In this document: positions 29,378 to 40,138 of the stretch, piece after piece
Layout: every line of letters begins with the position of its first letter
Numbering within the stretch: the first letter of the stretch is position 1
Source: an uncultured Actinomycetota bacterium
GTDB lineage: Bacteria; Actinomycetota; UBA4738; HRBIN12
Direction: 5' to 3'
DNA: 64,000 nt
Assembly (NCBI GenBank): GCA_963784055.1
Contig: CAWAPY010000018.1
Span: forward strand, 69,444-133,443
The notes under the pieces: generated by a model
The model's database searches: none
Told to the model about the DNA's origin: nothing
What the model saw: only the letters and a program-made list of their open reading frames with translations
Translations under genes and position numbers: made by a program

Positions 29378-31608
29378 CTAGGCCCACGCGAAGGCGCGGG
29401 TCTTGGCGCGGCGGATCCCGCCTGGTCCGATCCCGGCTACCCGGCATGCGATCCGGTGACCGTGATCACGGGGTCGGAGGTGGTAGTCGGTGCCGGTTTC
29501 GCCGGCGAGCAGGACGCCGTCTCGGAGCCAACGGAACGAGTACCGGGCCGCATTCCTCCATGCACCGCGACGAGCTTCCAGGATGTGCGTCCCGGGAAGC
29601 TGGACGAGTCGTGGCCTTCGGATGTTCCGCGGGGCGGGGATGAGTCGATAGACCCCTGCTTTCCTGCCGGTGTCCACCCCAACGTAGACCGGCTGGGCGG
29701 CGTCGTTCGTCAACCCGGTGTCAACGGTGGGTCCCAGCGCCCCCACGGAGAACGACGGACCGGTCTCGACGTGTCGGGACCACGTCAGACCACGATCCGT
29801 GCTGAACCAGAGCCCACCGAGATCGGTGCCGGCGTACACCATCGCGGGATCGTCTCGGTCGATCGCCAGCGACGTGACGTTCGATGCCCGGCCCGAGGGG
29901 TCGACCCATGCCATCGCCCAATGGCTCCCTCCGTCGGCCGAGCGGAAGACACGCGAGCCTTGCTGACTGCCTGCGACGATCCGGGTTGGAGATCCATCGA
30001 ATACGAGCGCCTCGATCGTATCGGGAGGCTGAACGACCCGCGTCCACGAGGTCCCGTCATCATCCGAGATGAACATCTTCGAGACATCAGCGTCGGCGAC
30101 CTGGACGATGATGTGTCCGCCCTCCATCCGTGCGAACGCGACCACAGGGAGCAGCGTCGGACCGAGAGGTTCCCACGAGGCACCGCCGTCCGTGGATCGA
30201 TAGATCTGGCCGGTCTCCAGCGGGAATCCTCCATCTCGGACGGCCGCAAAGAACTTGTCGGGCGTCGACGGATCCCCCACGAGCTGGTCGATGATCGATC
30301 CGCCAGGCAGATCGCCGGTCGGTGTCCAGTTGACCCCATCGTCGCTCCTGAGGAGCGGCTCGAAGGTCGGGTCGTTCGGTACCGACGGAAGTCGCGCGAC
30401 GAGCGTGGTCCCTGCCGCATCCACCGCAACAGCCGTCGGGAAGACCTCCGAATCGGGACGGGCGGGATCCCCGATGAGGCCCGTGCGGTCGACCCACGTA
30501 GCCGACGCATCGGTCGTTTCGAAGAGGGAGAAGGTGTCGACCGCGAAGGCGCGCCGGCCGTTGCCTGGGTCGACGGCGATCGCCGTGAGCGTCGTCGCCG
30601 CGAGGCCTTGATTCGTGTTCGCCCACGTAGCTCCGCCGTCGACGGAGGTGAACACGCCGCGCCCGAAGGTGCCGACCACGACGTGCTCGGGATCCTGATC
30701 GGTGGTCCGGACGAAGGGCGAGCCAAGAACGGGGGCGGTCGCGTTCCAGGTATCCCCACCATCGATGCTCCGAGCAACGTAGGCGTCGTAGCCGGTGAGG
30801 CCGGCGACGTAGATCAGGTCGGGATCGGCAGTGGACAGAGCGAGGGAGAAGACCTCGCCCGCTGGTTGCGAAGGGATCGGATCGAACGAGAGTCCACCAT
30901 CGAGGCTCCGATAGACCAACTGATTCAGCGCATAGACGATCTCACTGTCGGCACGATCGAAGACGAAGGTGCTGGTGCCGAACGGGAGGTCGCCGATGGC
31001 GACCTCCACCCATGTGTCTCCCGCATCCAGGGACCGGAACGTGCCTTCCGTGGAGGACATGAGGACGATGTCAGGATCGTCTGGGTCGATCGCCACACCG
31101 AACACCTGATCCTGACGTGTAGCGGTCCCACGTTCGTCCACCGTCGAAACTGCGATGCCCATCGCTGAAGATCTGAGACGGTCGAGACTCCGCGATGTCG
31201 ACAGCGCTCGATTCGATGAACGCCGAAGAGATCCCAGTGGAGACCATCGTCGGTGCTCTTGAACAACCCGCCATTCGTGCCCACCCAGATCACGTTGGGA
31301 TGAGTGGGATGGACAGCGAGAGCCACCGCGAAGAGATCCGTGAGGCCCGTCGATCGCCTCTGCCATGAGATGCCGCCGTCACCACTGCGGAAGACGCCAT
31401 TCCGAGTGGCTGCGTAGACGACGGTCTCATCCGTCGGGTCGAGAGCCAGGTCTGGACGACGCCTCCGAATGGTCCTCCGGTCGACCAGGTACCGATGGGA
31501 GCTCCCGTTGCCACCTCGTCCACGCTGGATACCAGGAGCGAGATGGCGGCGAGGAGAACGGACCGACCGAAGGATGGTCACTCGATGGTGCAACGCACGA
31601 CCAAGCAT
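29378..31608 (-). pseudogene. Secreted BNR/Asp-box repeat protein (sialidase/GH74/Sortilin-Vps10-like propellers); at least 4 frame breaks, all in the first ~500 nt
   Basis: At least 10 S-x-D-x-G-x-T-W boxes (RSLDAGDTW, RSIDGGDTW, TSVDGGATW, RSTDGGASW, SDDDGTSW, RSADGGSHW, STDRGLTW...). The N-terminal 160 aa are spread over three frames (31608-31100). Confidence 0.7.
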
Positions 31609-31754
31609 GGGCCTCGACTTCCTCAGGCGAGATGCGAGCTGATGTAGTGGTTATCGGAAGGTGGACGAACGACTGAAGTACTCGGATATCATCCCTCGTT
31701 GTGTTCAGCGCGAGTTGAGCACGGCGTGGTGTTCCGCGTGATGCTCGATCCGCA

Positions 31755-32414
31755 TCATCCGATCGAGACTCGGTACGCCTCGAGTCTGTCCGCCAGCTCC
31801 TTCGGGCGACTGAGCGCCGGAGTGTGTCCACCGTCGATCTCGTCCGGGGTGATACCCAGTCGCTCTCGGGCGACGCGGCGAAGGAAGGACGGCGGGAACA
31901 AACGATCGTCTCGACAGAGAAGAACGCGCGTCGGCGCATCGGGCCAGGACTTCATGGGCGAAGGCTCGTGCATCCGCGCCTCGGATTGTGGTCTTCCCCG
32001 CTTCAGCGCCTCCGCCGCGAGCTCGGCCGGAACGTCCTGATAGAAGAGCGCGATCTCGTCGTCGTAGGACTCGCGCGCTTCTTCCTCGTATCTCGTGTTC
32101 GTCCAATAGTCCGCGGGCGCCTCGCCAGGAGCGGGGATCATGGGCGCAACCAGGACGAGCAGGTCGACCGCTTTCCGACCGCAGACGAGCGGGGCCGTGA
32201 ACCCGCCGAACGATTGCGCGACCACAACCAGATCCTTCCGCTCGCCGATCGCCTCGATCACTGCATCCGCGTACTCGGGGAGGCCGGCCGAATCGTCCTC
32301 GCACGGGAGGTCCGGCGCCACGACGTCGTGACCTCGCGCCCTCAGCTCCGCCTCCACCAGGTGCCAGTACCAACCGACGTCGCCGGCGCCGTGGATCAAG
32401 ACATACGTCGCCAT
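31755..32414 (-). CDS. Alpha/beta hydrolase (SABP2/methylesterase-like)
   Basis: MATYVLIHGAGDVGWYWHLV...VVVAQSFGG (nucleophile elbow)...DGGHTPALSRPKELA. Confidence 0.8.
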   Translation of the reverse strand: MATYVLIHGAGDVGWYWHLVEAELRARGHDVVAPDLPCEDDSAGLPEYADAVIEAIGERKDLVVVAQSFGGFTAPLVCGRKAVDLLVLVAPMIPAPGEAPADYWTNTRYEEEARESYDDEIALFYQDVPAELAAEALKRGRPQSEARMHEPSPMKSWPDAPTRVLLCRDDRLFPPSFLRRVARERLGITPDEIDGGHTPALSRPKELADRLEAYRVSIG

Positions 32415-32480
32415 CCTCAGTTCTCCCCTCTGCGCGACCCGTCGATCGCTCGTTGCGGCGAGTCACGCTACCCTCGCGTG

Positions 32481-33092
32481 ATGGATGTCGCGGGGTTCAT
32501 CGCGGTCGCGACGCTCGTGGTCGTGACACCCGGACCTGACATGACCCTCGTGGCACGGAACACGTTCGCGGGTGGCCGGGCGTCGGGACTCGCCACATCG
32601 GCGGGCACGTGCTCCGGCTTGCTCGTCCACGCGACGGCTGCAGCCTTGGGTCTGTCCGCCGTGCTCCTCGCGTCATCGCAGGCGTTCACGGTCGTGAAGA
32701 TCGCCGGCGCCGCGTACCTGATCTTCCTCGGGATCCGAACCATCCTCGGTGCCCGCCGAGAGGCCTCCCTCCGAGACGGGGCGAAGGTGACCGACCCGTG
32801 GGCCGCCTATCGACAGGGTGTCCTCACCAACGTCCTCAATCCGAAGGTGGCGATCTTCTTCCTCTCGCTGCTGCCGCAGTTCGTCGAACCGGGACCGGGG
32901 TTCACGTGGCGGCTGTTGCTGCTCTCCGGACTCTTCATCCTGATGGGCTTGGTCTGGCTCACGGTCTACACGATCGCGCTCCACGCGGTGAGCGGGTTCG
33001 TCGGCCGCCCTCGGGTCAGGACCGTGATCGAATCGGTCACCGGTTGTGTGCTGATGGCGCTCGGGTTCCGACTCGCCTTCCAGCGACGGTAG
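32481..33092 (+). CDS. LysE/RhtB-family amino-acid exporter
   Basis: VVTPGPDMTLV...LTNVLNPKVAIFFLSLLPQF. 203 aa with about 6 TM segments. Confidence 0.85.
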   Translation: MDVAGFIAVATLVVVTPGPDMTLVARNTFAGGRASGLATSAGTCSGLLVHATAAALGLSAVLLASSQAFTVVKIAGAAYLIFLGIRTILGARREASLRDGAKVTDPWAAYRQGVLTNVLNPKVAIFFLSLLPQFVEPGPGFTWRLLLLSGLFILMGLVWLTVYTIALHAVSGFVGRPRVRTVIESVTGCVLMALGFRLAFQRR

Positions 33093-33098
33093 CTCGGC

Positions 33099-34982
33099 TC
33101 ACAGCCTGCCGGGCAGCGGCAGGAGATCGGCCACGGATCCGTCACCGAACGAGGGGGCGGGATGAGGTGTCTCCACGTCCGGGAGCCAGACCTCGAGCGT
33201 GGTTCCCTCGTCCGGGAGGCTCCACAGCTTGCACCAGCCACCGGCCATCTCCGCCCGTTCCTTCATGGCGGCCAGACCGAGGTGACCGGGCGCCGCCACC
33301 AGGGCATCCTGGGGCCTGAACCCGACCCCGTCGTCGGCGATCTGCATCCACGTGCCACCCTCTCGGCGCTCCAGGCTCACGGACACGCGCTCCGCACCCG
33401 AGTGCTTGCGGGCGTTCGTGAGGGCCTCCTGCGCGATGCGGTACAGGATGAGGGAGCTCCAGATCGGGAAATCGTCATCCGGGCCTTCGTCCACCGACCA
33501 TTCGAACGGCCAGGTGGACTGCTCGAGCATGAAGCGAAGCGCCGAGGCCAACCCCTGCTCCTCGAGCGTGGGCGGGCTGAGGTCGAACAGGAGCGTGCGC
33601 ATGCTCTTGATCGCCACCTGCATGACGGAGAGCGCCTCATCCATCTCCGCCGGCTCGGGATGGTTCCTGCGGAGCATCTCGAGCCGCATCTTGAGGGCCA
33701 CCATCTTCTGGACCGGGTCGTCGTGGATGTCGTGGGAGATCCGGGTGCGCTCGTCCTCGGCCGCCCGAACCACGTGCTCGAGGAGCTGCTTGCGTTGCTC
33801 GCCGATCTCCTGCAGTTCCTTGACCAGGCCCTGCAGCTCATCGGTCCGCTTCGCCACCGTGGCTTCCAGGGTGGCGTTGTGCGCGCGCAGCTGCTGCTCG
33901 AGACCCTGGATGACCCGGAGCTGGGATTCGCGTTCCTCGGTGAGCCACGCGTTGTGCAACGCGAGCGCCCCGTGTTCGGCGAACTGCTCCACCATCTCGA
34001 TCACCCATCGACGCTCGGTGGGATGGCCGTCGCCGCGTTCCACGACGACGGCGCCCAGTCCTTGGCGGCGGTCACGGAGGAGCGGCACGACCACCACGTT
34101 CCGGGCATCGGGGACCAGCGACGCGATGCGAGGGTCCGTCTCCGGGTCGATCGACCGCAATAGCTGGCTCGCGCGCTCCTGCCACGCTCGGGACACGGCC
34201 CGATCGACGCCGACGGCGACGTCGCTCGGCGATCCCTCACCGACCCAGGCGAGGAGCTCGAGGTCGCTGTGGGGTGAAGCGAGGATCACCCCGCGCCTGA
34301 ACCCGAACGTGGAACAGAGCTCGTCGAGGAAGGTCTGCGCGATGGTCTGGACGTCGGGGTCGGTGTCCAGCTCCGCGACCATCACGGAGAGCCTGAAGAG
34401 GTCGTGCTTCTGTCGCCGGAGCTCGCGCTCGCTGACGGCCGAGAAGAACGCCGTGCCGAGAGCGAGTGCCCATAGGCCCGCGACCACGAGTCCTGCCCCC
34501 TGTCCCAGGGCCGCCCCCACCTCGCCTTCTACGAACCCGACGCGAGCGGCTTCGACGGCGAGGAGGAAGAGCAGGGTGTGCCAGAGGGCGATCTTCAGCC
34601 CGGTCCGATACGAGAGCAGCAGCGTGACGCCGACGATGTGCACGCCGGGCAGGAGGAGGAGCGCTTCCGCGCTCCCGCCCGTCCGCGCGATCACGATCGC
34701 CAGGAAGATCCCGTCCACCAACAGCGACCCGTTGAGGGCCGGGCCGGCGGCGCGACCGCCCCGCGCCACGATCACCGCGCTCGATGCGGCGCACGCGAGG
34801 TACAGGACGACGGCCACGGAGACCTGTGCACTCGACACGTCGTCGGAGGCGAGCGTGGTCGCGATGACCACGCCCGCGAGACCGAGGCGGAGACCCGAGA
34901 GGTACCGGCTGCGCTCGGTGAGCGACAGCAGCTCCACCGCTTGGGTGGCCACCCTCCGACGCGCACGAGGAAGGGCGATCAC
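33099..34982 (-). CDS. Sensor histidine kinase: multi-TM input, GAF, HisKA_3, HATPase_c (NarL-partner type)
   Basis: GTG 34982 overlaps the stop of the upstream gene (GTGA). About 6 TM segments. GAF-like region (TFLDELCSTFGFRRGVILA...). H-box AAEDERTRISHDIHDDPVQ. N/G boxes YRIAQEALTNARKH...DDGVGF...GHLGLAAMKERA. The track's 843-aa ORF over-extends the N-terminus. Confidence 0.8.
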   Translation of the reverse strand: MIALPRARRRVATQAVELLSLTERSRYLSGLRLGLAGVVIATTLASDDVSSAQVSVAVVLYLACAASSAVIVARGGRAAGPALNGSLLVDGIFLAIVIARTGGSAEALLLLPGVHIVGVTLLLSYRTGLKIALWHTLLFLLAVEAARVGFVEGEVGAALGQGAGLVVAGLWALALGTAFFSAVSERELRRQKHDLFRLSVMVAELDTDPDVQTIAQTFLDELCSTFGFRRGVILASPHSDLELLAWVGEGSPSDVAVGVDRAVSRAWQERASQLLRSIDPETDPRIASLVPDARNVVVVPLLRDRRQGLGAVVVERGDGHPTERRWVIEMVEQFAEHGALALHNAWLTEERESQLRVIQGLEQQLRAHNATLEATVAKRTDELQGLVKELQEIGEQRKQLLEHVVRAAEDERTRISHDIHDDPVQKMVALKMRLEMLRRNHPEPAEMDEALSVMQVAIKSMRTLLFDLSPPTLEEQGLASALRFMLEQSTWPFEWSVDEGPDDDFPIWSSLILYRIAQEALTNARKHSGAERVSVSLERREGGTWMQIADDGVGFRPQDALVAAPGHLGLAAMKERAEMAGGWCKLWSLPDEGTTLEVWLPDVETPHPAPSFGDGSVADLLPLPGRL

Positions 34983-35638
34983 GCGAACGTCACCACGTCG
35001 GATCTGATCGGGGCCAGGGAGAGCCGCGGATCGTTGCGGTCGAGCCGATCCTGGATCGCCGCGAACGCGAGGGTCAATCCGAACAACGCGAGGACGATGG
35101 CCAGACTTCGAGCGACGGCGCCGATGGCAGCGCGCACACGTTCGCGTCCCTCCAGGGGAGATCCGGTCGCATCGGCAACCGGATGCGGGACCACGACCGG
35201 TGCGAAGACCCGGCCGATCTCCGGCCGCTCGTGGATCCGCGGACCCGCGACTGTCAACCGTCCCTCGATCCGGGCGACCTGAGGGTTCCGGCCCGCCCTG
35301 GTGCGCGCCGGGCTGACCTCCACCACCGTTGCCGGGGCCTCCCGGCGGCTCGGGCTGCTCTCCCCCGACACCGTCGATCACATCGTCAACCGTGCCGAAG
35401 ATCGTGTCGACGATCGGGTCCACGACCTCGTCGACCGGGTCGAGCACATCGTCCACGGGCGTCTCGATACGCACCCACCGTGTCCTCCACGAGACCCACC
35501 CCGTCGTCGACGGTTTCCTCGACCAGCACACAGCGGGTCCAAGAGCGGACACGCTGCCTGCGCCGACGCGGCCCCCGTGGCGACGATCGCGATGGTCGAC
35601 ATCACGACCAGGGTCGAACGAGCGATCCACCTGTTCAC
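34979..35638 (-). pseudogene. Unknown secreted, C-terminally membrane-anchored protein (paralog A of 39521..40138); 2-3 frame breaks as assembled
   Basis: GGAGGTG lies 5 nt upstream of GTG 35638. VNRWIARSTLVVMSTIAIVATGAASAQAACPLLDPLC (frame of 35378..35782). ETPVDDVLDPVDEVVDPIVDTIFGTVDDVIDGVGG...PPGGPGNGGGG (frame of 33099..35630). AVARSLAIVLALFGLTLAFAAIQDRLDRNDPRLSLAPIRSDVVTFA (34979..35371). Confidence 0.55.
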
Positions 35639-36010
35639 GGTGTCACCTCCGGGATGGTCGACCTGCTGGGAAGGCCTGGCTCTCTCATGGCGGTCCTTTC
35701 CGTCTCCCTGGTGTATCGGCTCCAGGACGCCTGTAACCCAATAGCCATCGGGGTTCATCTCCTGGTCATCCCCGGACCGCATCGCCGATCCATCGCAGTA
35801 GGGCGCCGGACAACTGCGACCCCAACCGGCCGTGGGGGGAAACCCGCAGATGAGCTGCCAGCGTGCTCGTGCAGGGGAAGGGTGGCCTCCGGATCAGTCT
35901 GCCTTCTCGGTTCATCGACAGTCGATATTGGTTGTGCGGCACAACGCCGTTACCGTTCGCGTGTCGGATATGCGAAACAGCTGAGAGGAAGATCCCGATC
36001 ACACGAGCCG

Positions 36011-37420
36011 GTGCAGGGGGTGGCACGATCGGCGACGAGTGGGACCTCGAAGCCAAGTATCGGACACTCCTCGAGCAGATCCCCGCGATCGTCTACGTGT
36101 GGAGCGTCGCGGGCGGGCTCGAGCGGATGTCCGAGGAATACGTCAGCCCGCAGATCGAAGCGACGCTGGGGTTCGGTCCCCACGAATGGCTGGAGAATCC
36201 GCGATTGTGGATCGAGCGCCTCCATCCTGACGATCGCGACGAGGTCCTGGACGAGACGGCCCGGAGCGTCGAGGCGGGAGAGCCGTTCAAGCTCGAGTAT
36301 CGGATGGTCGCTCGCGACGGGCGCGTCGTCTGGCTCCACGACATCGCGTCGATCGTCGCGTACGACGATGGTGGGAGAGCGGCGCGATACCAAGGGATCC
36401 AGTTCGACGTCACGGCCCGGAAGGAAGCCGAGCACGCCCGGCGACGTCGATCACGAGCGGGTCAGGCTCCTCGACCGCCAGCGCCAGGATCTCGTCCATC
36501 GGCTGGTCGCGGCGCAGGAAGACGAGCGGCGCCGCATCTCCGACGGGATCCACGACGACACGCTGCAGGGCCTCTTCACCGTCCGCACTCGATTGGAGAC
36601 GATCATCCGCGGGCATCCGGGATCGGAACACACCGAGGAGTTGCCCGGCGTACGTGATGAGATCTCGAGGCTCGTGGACAGCCTCCGGCGTCTGGCCTTC
36701 GAGCTGCATCCACGCGTCCTCGACGCCGAGGCGCTGAAGGCATCACTCTGGTTCCTGATCGAGCGGGCGCGAGAGCACGGCCTCGAAGGGGAGCTCGAGG
36801 ATCGGCTCGAAGCGGAGCTTCCCACGCAGGTGTGCCTGACCGTCTATCGGGTGGCACAGGAGGCGCTGCGCAACGCGGATCGCCACGGCGAGGCCTCCAG
36901 CGTGACCATCTCACTGGACGACCGAGCGGGCGGCGTGGCGATCCGCATCCACGACGACGGCCGGGGCTTCGACGTGGGGGCGCCGCAGGGCGCCGGGGGC
37001 GAGCACCTCGGGATCATCTCGATGCAGGAGCGCTCGGAGCTCCTGGGCGGATGGCTCCAGGTGGAGAGCGAACCCGGGCGGGGCACGACGATCGAATGCT
37101 GGCTGCCCCTGTCGGAGACGACCGGGATACCTCCTCAAGGTTCCTCCCCCGATCAGGAGACGGCGGACGCGAGCCATGTCCGAACCGGGAACGAGCGGAT
37201 CGCAACGGCGCCGGAGCTCAACGACCTCTCTCCGCGTGAGCGCGAGGTCGCAGATCTCCTTTCACTCGGGCACACCAACTCGGAGATCGGCGCGATCCTG
37301 CACCTCTCGATCAGGACCGTCGAACACCATCGGTCTCGCGTGTTCCGCAAGATGAACGTTCGATCGCGCGCCGGTCTCGTCCGAGCACTGCGGGAACGGC
37401 GCGCAACGGATCTCGGCTGA
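36011..37420 (+). pseudogene. PAS - HisKA_3 - HATPase_c histidine kinase fused to a C-terminal LuxR/GerE HTH (no receiver domain); at least 1 frame break near 36420; start uncertain
   Basis: PAS (YRTLLEQIPAIVYVW...PFKLEYRMVARDGRVVWLHD...GIQFDVTARKEAE) is in the 35863 frame. H-box AAQEDERRRISDGIHDDTLQ, YRVAQEALRNADRH, DDGRGF, GIISMQERSELLGG are in the 35183..37420 frame. These are followed by LSPREREVADLLSLGHTNSEIGAILHLSIRTVEHHRSRVFRKMNV. Confidence 0.7.
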
Positions 37421-37527
37421 GCACCCGAGGAACCAGATAGGGCACTTTCCGCCCTACTGGGAGCGGCCGCCCGTCTCTACGCTTCGGTGAGCGATCTCGA
37501 TCGACGATCTCAACGGAGGAGGACGTC

Positions 37528-37974
37528 GTGATGACAGGGATGCGTGTACGTGTCGGGGCGATCGTCGCTGTGCTCGGGGTCGTCCTCCTGGTGGGATCGT
37601 GGCTCCAGCCCGCGACCGCACACATCGGAGCGCCGGGGCACCTCTGGACGGCGCATCTCAGGCCGAAGGCCGACGTCCGGTACCTGCAGAACACCAAGGT
37701 GTACGTGTCTCCCGTGTTCACGGTCACCGCGCTCTCGGACGGATCGGTCACGCGCCTCTGTCCCACCGGATGGCAAGCGATCGGCGGCGGGGTCGACTTC
37801 GAGAACGCGAACGCGGAGGTCCGCGTGATCTCGAACGCGCCGGTCGTCGAGGGCGCGGGCCTGTTCGCCGCCGACGAGGGGAAGAACCCTGCGGCTCAGG
37901 GGTGGCGGGTCACGATGCGCAACACCGGCATCCTGAGCGTGAGCGGGGTCGTCGGGGTGATCTGTTCCAGCTGA
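37528..37974 (+). CDS. Small secreted hypothetical protein (148 aa), predicted mature N-terminus His
   Basis: GGAGGAGG upstream of GTG/ATG 37528/37531. Signal peptide ...VVLLVGSWLQPATA|HIGAPGHLW. C-terminal CPTGWQAIGGGVDF...VICSS. Confidence 0.55.
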   Translation: MMTGMRVRVGAIVAVLGVVLLVGSWLQPATAHIGAPGHLWTAHLRPKADVRYLQNTKVYVSPVFTVTALSDGSVTRLCPTGWQAIGGGVDFENANAEVRVISNAPVVEGAGLFAADEGKNPAAQGWRVTMRNTGILSVSGVVGVICSS

Positions 37975-38242
37975 CGCTCCGCACCCCTGACTCCTGAGCT
38001 CGGGTACCGCGTCGCCACTCCGAGCACGGCCCTTTGGCCCCCGGCCGATGCGCGCCTGTCGGTCGGACGAGCGAGGGTTGGACGCACGGCCCGTCTGGTC
38101 ACGGCGAGTCACCCGAGTTTGACGCGAAGGGACCATCGTCCCAGGTCACGCATATACCGATACCTCGTTCCAGGTAGACACGGGAGACGCCCGGATCGGC
38201 CTCGATGAGGCTTCGGGCGGCTCCAGACGGAAGGGAGCGGGA

Positions 38243-39524
38243 GTGAGCCAAGCGCGGAGTGCCTCCGGGACGGTCGAAGACCCGATCCGTGTCCTCGTCG
38301 CCGATGACGAGGAGACGGTCGTCGACGTCCTCCGCGCACTCATCGGATTCGGATCCGTCCCTCCACTTCGTCGGGGCAGCCAACAACGCCGAGGATGCGA
38401 TCGAGATGACCGCGCGAGAACGCCCGGACGTCGTCCTCCTCGACGTGCGGATGCCGGGCGGCGGAGGTCTGCGGGCGACCCGCGAGATCACGAAACGGTG
38501 CGCGCCGACGAAGGTCGTCGCGCTCTCCGCGCACCAGGACTCCGACACGGTGATCGGGATCGATCAGTGCGGGGGCGAGTGGGTACGTTCCCAAGGGCGA
38601 TCCGACGGAGAAGATCCTGCGGACGATCCATCGAGCGATGGATGCGGACTACGTCGCGGAGGAGTCGGGGCCGAAGCTGACGCTGGTCTCCCCGATGCTT
38701 CCTCGTCGCACGCAGCAGCGGACCGCGGTGGCCCGAGCGAATCCTCGACGGGGTGATCACTGCCGAGTTCGAGCCGATCGCGGAGCTCGCCACCGGCCGG
38801 ATCGTCGGCCTCGACGCGCATCCGCGCGTGGCGACGCTCCCGCATCGCTCCTACGACGCCTGGCTGGCCGATGCCGAAGGCGCCGACCTCCTCCTCGACT
38901 TCGAGCTGTCCGCGTTCCGAGCCAGCGTGTCGGCCTTGCCGGTGATCCCCGAAGACCTGTTCGTTGAATTCGAGGTGACACAGTCGACCGCGACCGAGGG
39001 AAGGTTCCGCCGTGCGATCCGAGGGTCGGTCGCCCCGCGGGTCGTGCTGGGGTTCTCGCCCCTCGCGCCCGCGGCCGCGGCCGAGCTCGAGGCCGCTGAC
39101 CCAGGCGGGATCCTGGCGACGCTTCGCGCGCGCGGAATCCGCGTCGCTGCGAGGGACGCCGGCCCCGGGTTCGAGAGCCTTCGGCATCTCTCCAACCTCT
39201 CTCCCGACCTGGCCAGGCTCGATCCGACGCTCATCCGGAGCCTGGGACAGACCTTCTCGAGCCATTCCGTCGTCGCCGCGGTGGTCGCCTGCGCCGGCGA
39301 CGTCGGGGCCCGACCTGATCGCGCCCGGCGTCGAGTCCGAAGAACAGCTGCACGAGCTCCGGAACCTCGGTGTCGAGCTGGTGCAGGGGCCGATCGTGGG
39401 AGAGCCGATCCCGTTCTCGGAGCTCCCCGGGGAGCCCGGGATGTGGGACGCGCCCAAGGCGTTGGCGCGTGGCGAGGGTCTCGTCGCGCAGCCGAGCCCC
39501 TCGACCCCGGATGGTGCCCTGTGA
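38243..39524 (+). pseudogene. Response-regulator receiver fused to a degenerate EAL-like domain; about 4 frame breaks as assembled
   Basis: GAAGGGAG upstream of GTG 38243. REC: IRVLVADDEETVV...PDVVLLDVRMPGGGG...KVVALSAHQD...AGASGYVPKG. EAL-like: ITAEFEPIAELATGRIVGLDAHPR, but FEVTQS in place of NVS, LGFS in place of ELTE, ARDAG in place of DDFG, APGVES in place of AEGVE, QGP in place of QGY. Confidence 0.7.
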
Positions 39525-40138
39525 GTCGCCGGAGCCGGCGCCTCTCGTTGATCGCGGTCGGCACGCTCGCCTTCGCGCTCACCGGGCAGCCGTCCGCGAA
39601 CGCGGCCTGCCCTGTGCTGGACGCCGCCTGCCAGGCCGGCGAGGTGCTCGGCGCCGGTGAGGGACTCGCGAAGGACACGACCGAGCCGGTCGACACTCCG
39701 GTCGACGGTACGGTCGACCCGATCGTGGATGACGGCCTGGGCCGGATCCGCGACCTCCTCGGAGGGGGTCCGATCGATCTCCCGGACCCGACCGATGAGC
39801 CCGGCGGTGGGCACCGCGGGACCGGCCCCCGGCCTCCCGGCTCTCCGGACTCCAGCGGGAGGGGTATCGGGGGCAGGAACCCCGACGGCCCCGGGTTCGA
39901 CGCCGTGTTCGGCCCGATCATCTCGGCCTCCTCCGGGATCGCTCCTCCCGAGCGTGGGGACCGGTCGACAGGGAGCACCTTCGGGGACGCTCTCGGAGGC
40001 GTGGCGCGCAGCCTGGCGATCGTGCTCGCCCTCTTCGGGCTGGCCGTCGCATTCGTCGCGATCCAGGATCACCTCGACCGGAACGACCCGAGGCTGGCGC
40101 TCGCGCCGGTCGACTCAGACGTGGTGGAGTTCGCATGA
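39521..40138 (+). CDS. Unknown secreted, C-terminally membrane-anchored protein (paralog B of 34979..35638)
   Basis: GTG 39521 overlaps the upstream stop (GTGA). Its own stop overlaps the downstream ATG (ATGA, 40135-40138). VSRRSRRLSLIAVGTLAFALTGQPSANAACPVLDAACQ...EPVDTPVDGTVDPIVDD...G/P-rich...GVARSLAIVLALFGLAVAFVAIQDHLDRNDPRLALAPVDSDVVEFA. Confidence 0.6.
   Translation: MSRRSRRLSLIAVGTLAFALTGQPSANAACPVLDAACQAGEVLGAGEGLAKDTTEPVDTPVDGTVDPIVDDGLGRIRDLLGGGPIDLPDPTDEPGGGHRGTGPRPPGSPDSSGRGIGGRNPDGPGFDAVFGPIISASSGIAPPERGDRSTGSTFGDALGGVARSLAIVLALFGLAVAFVAIQDHLDRNDPRLALAPVDSDVVEFA

Noticed and set aside
34983-35630. N-terminal 216 aa of the 843-aa track ORF as part of the histidine kinase.
   Set aside because: That stretch is a mosaic. 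Only the PVDDVLDPVDEVVDPIVD part makes sense, and it belongs to the separate upstream anchored protein. The GTGA-overlapped GTG at 34982 gives a normal kinase N-terminus.
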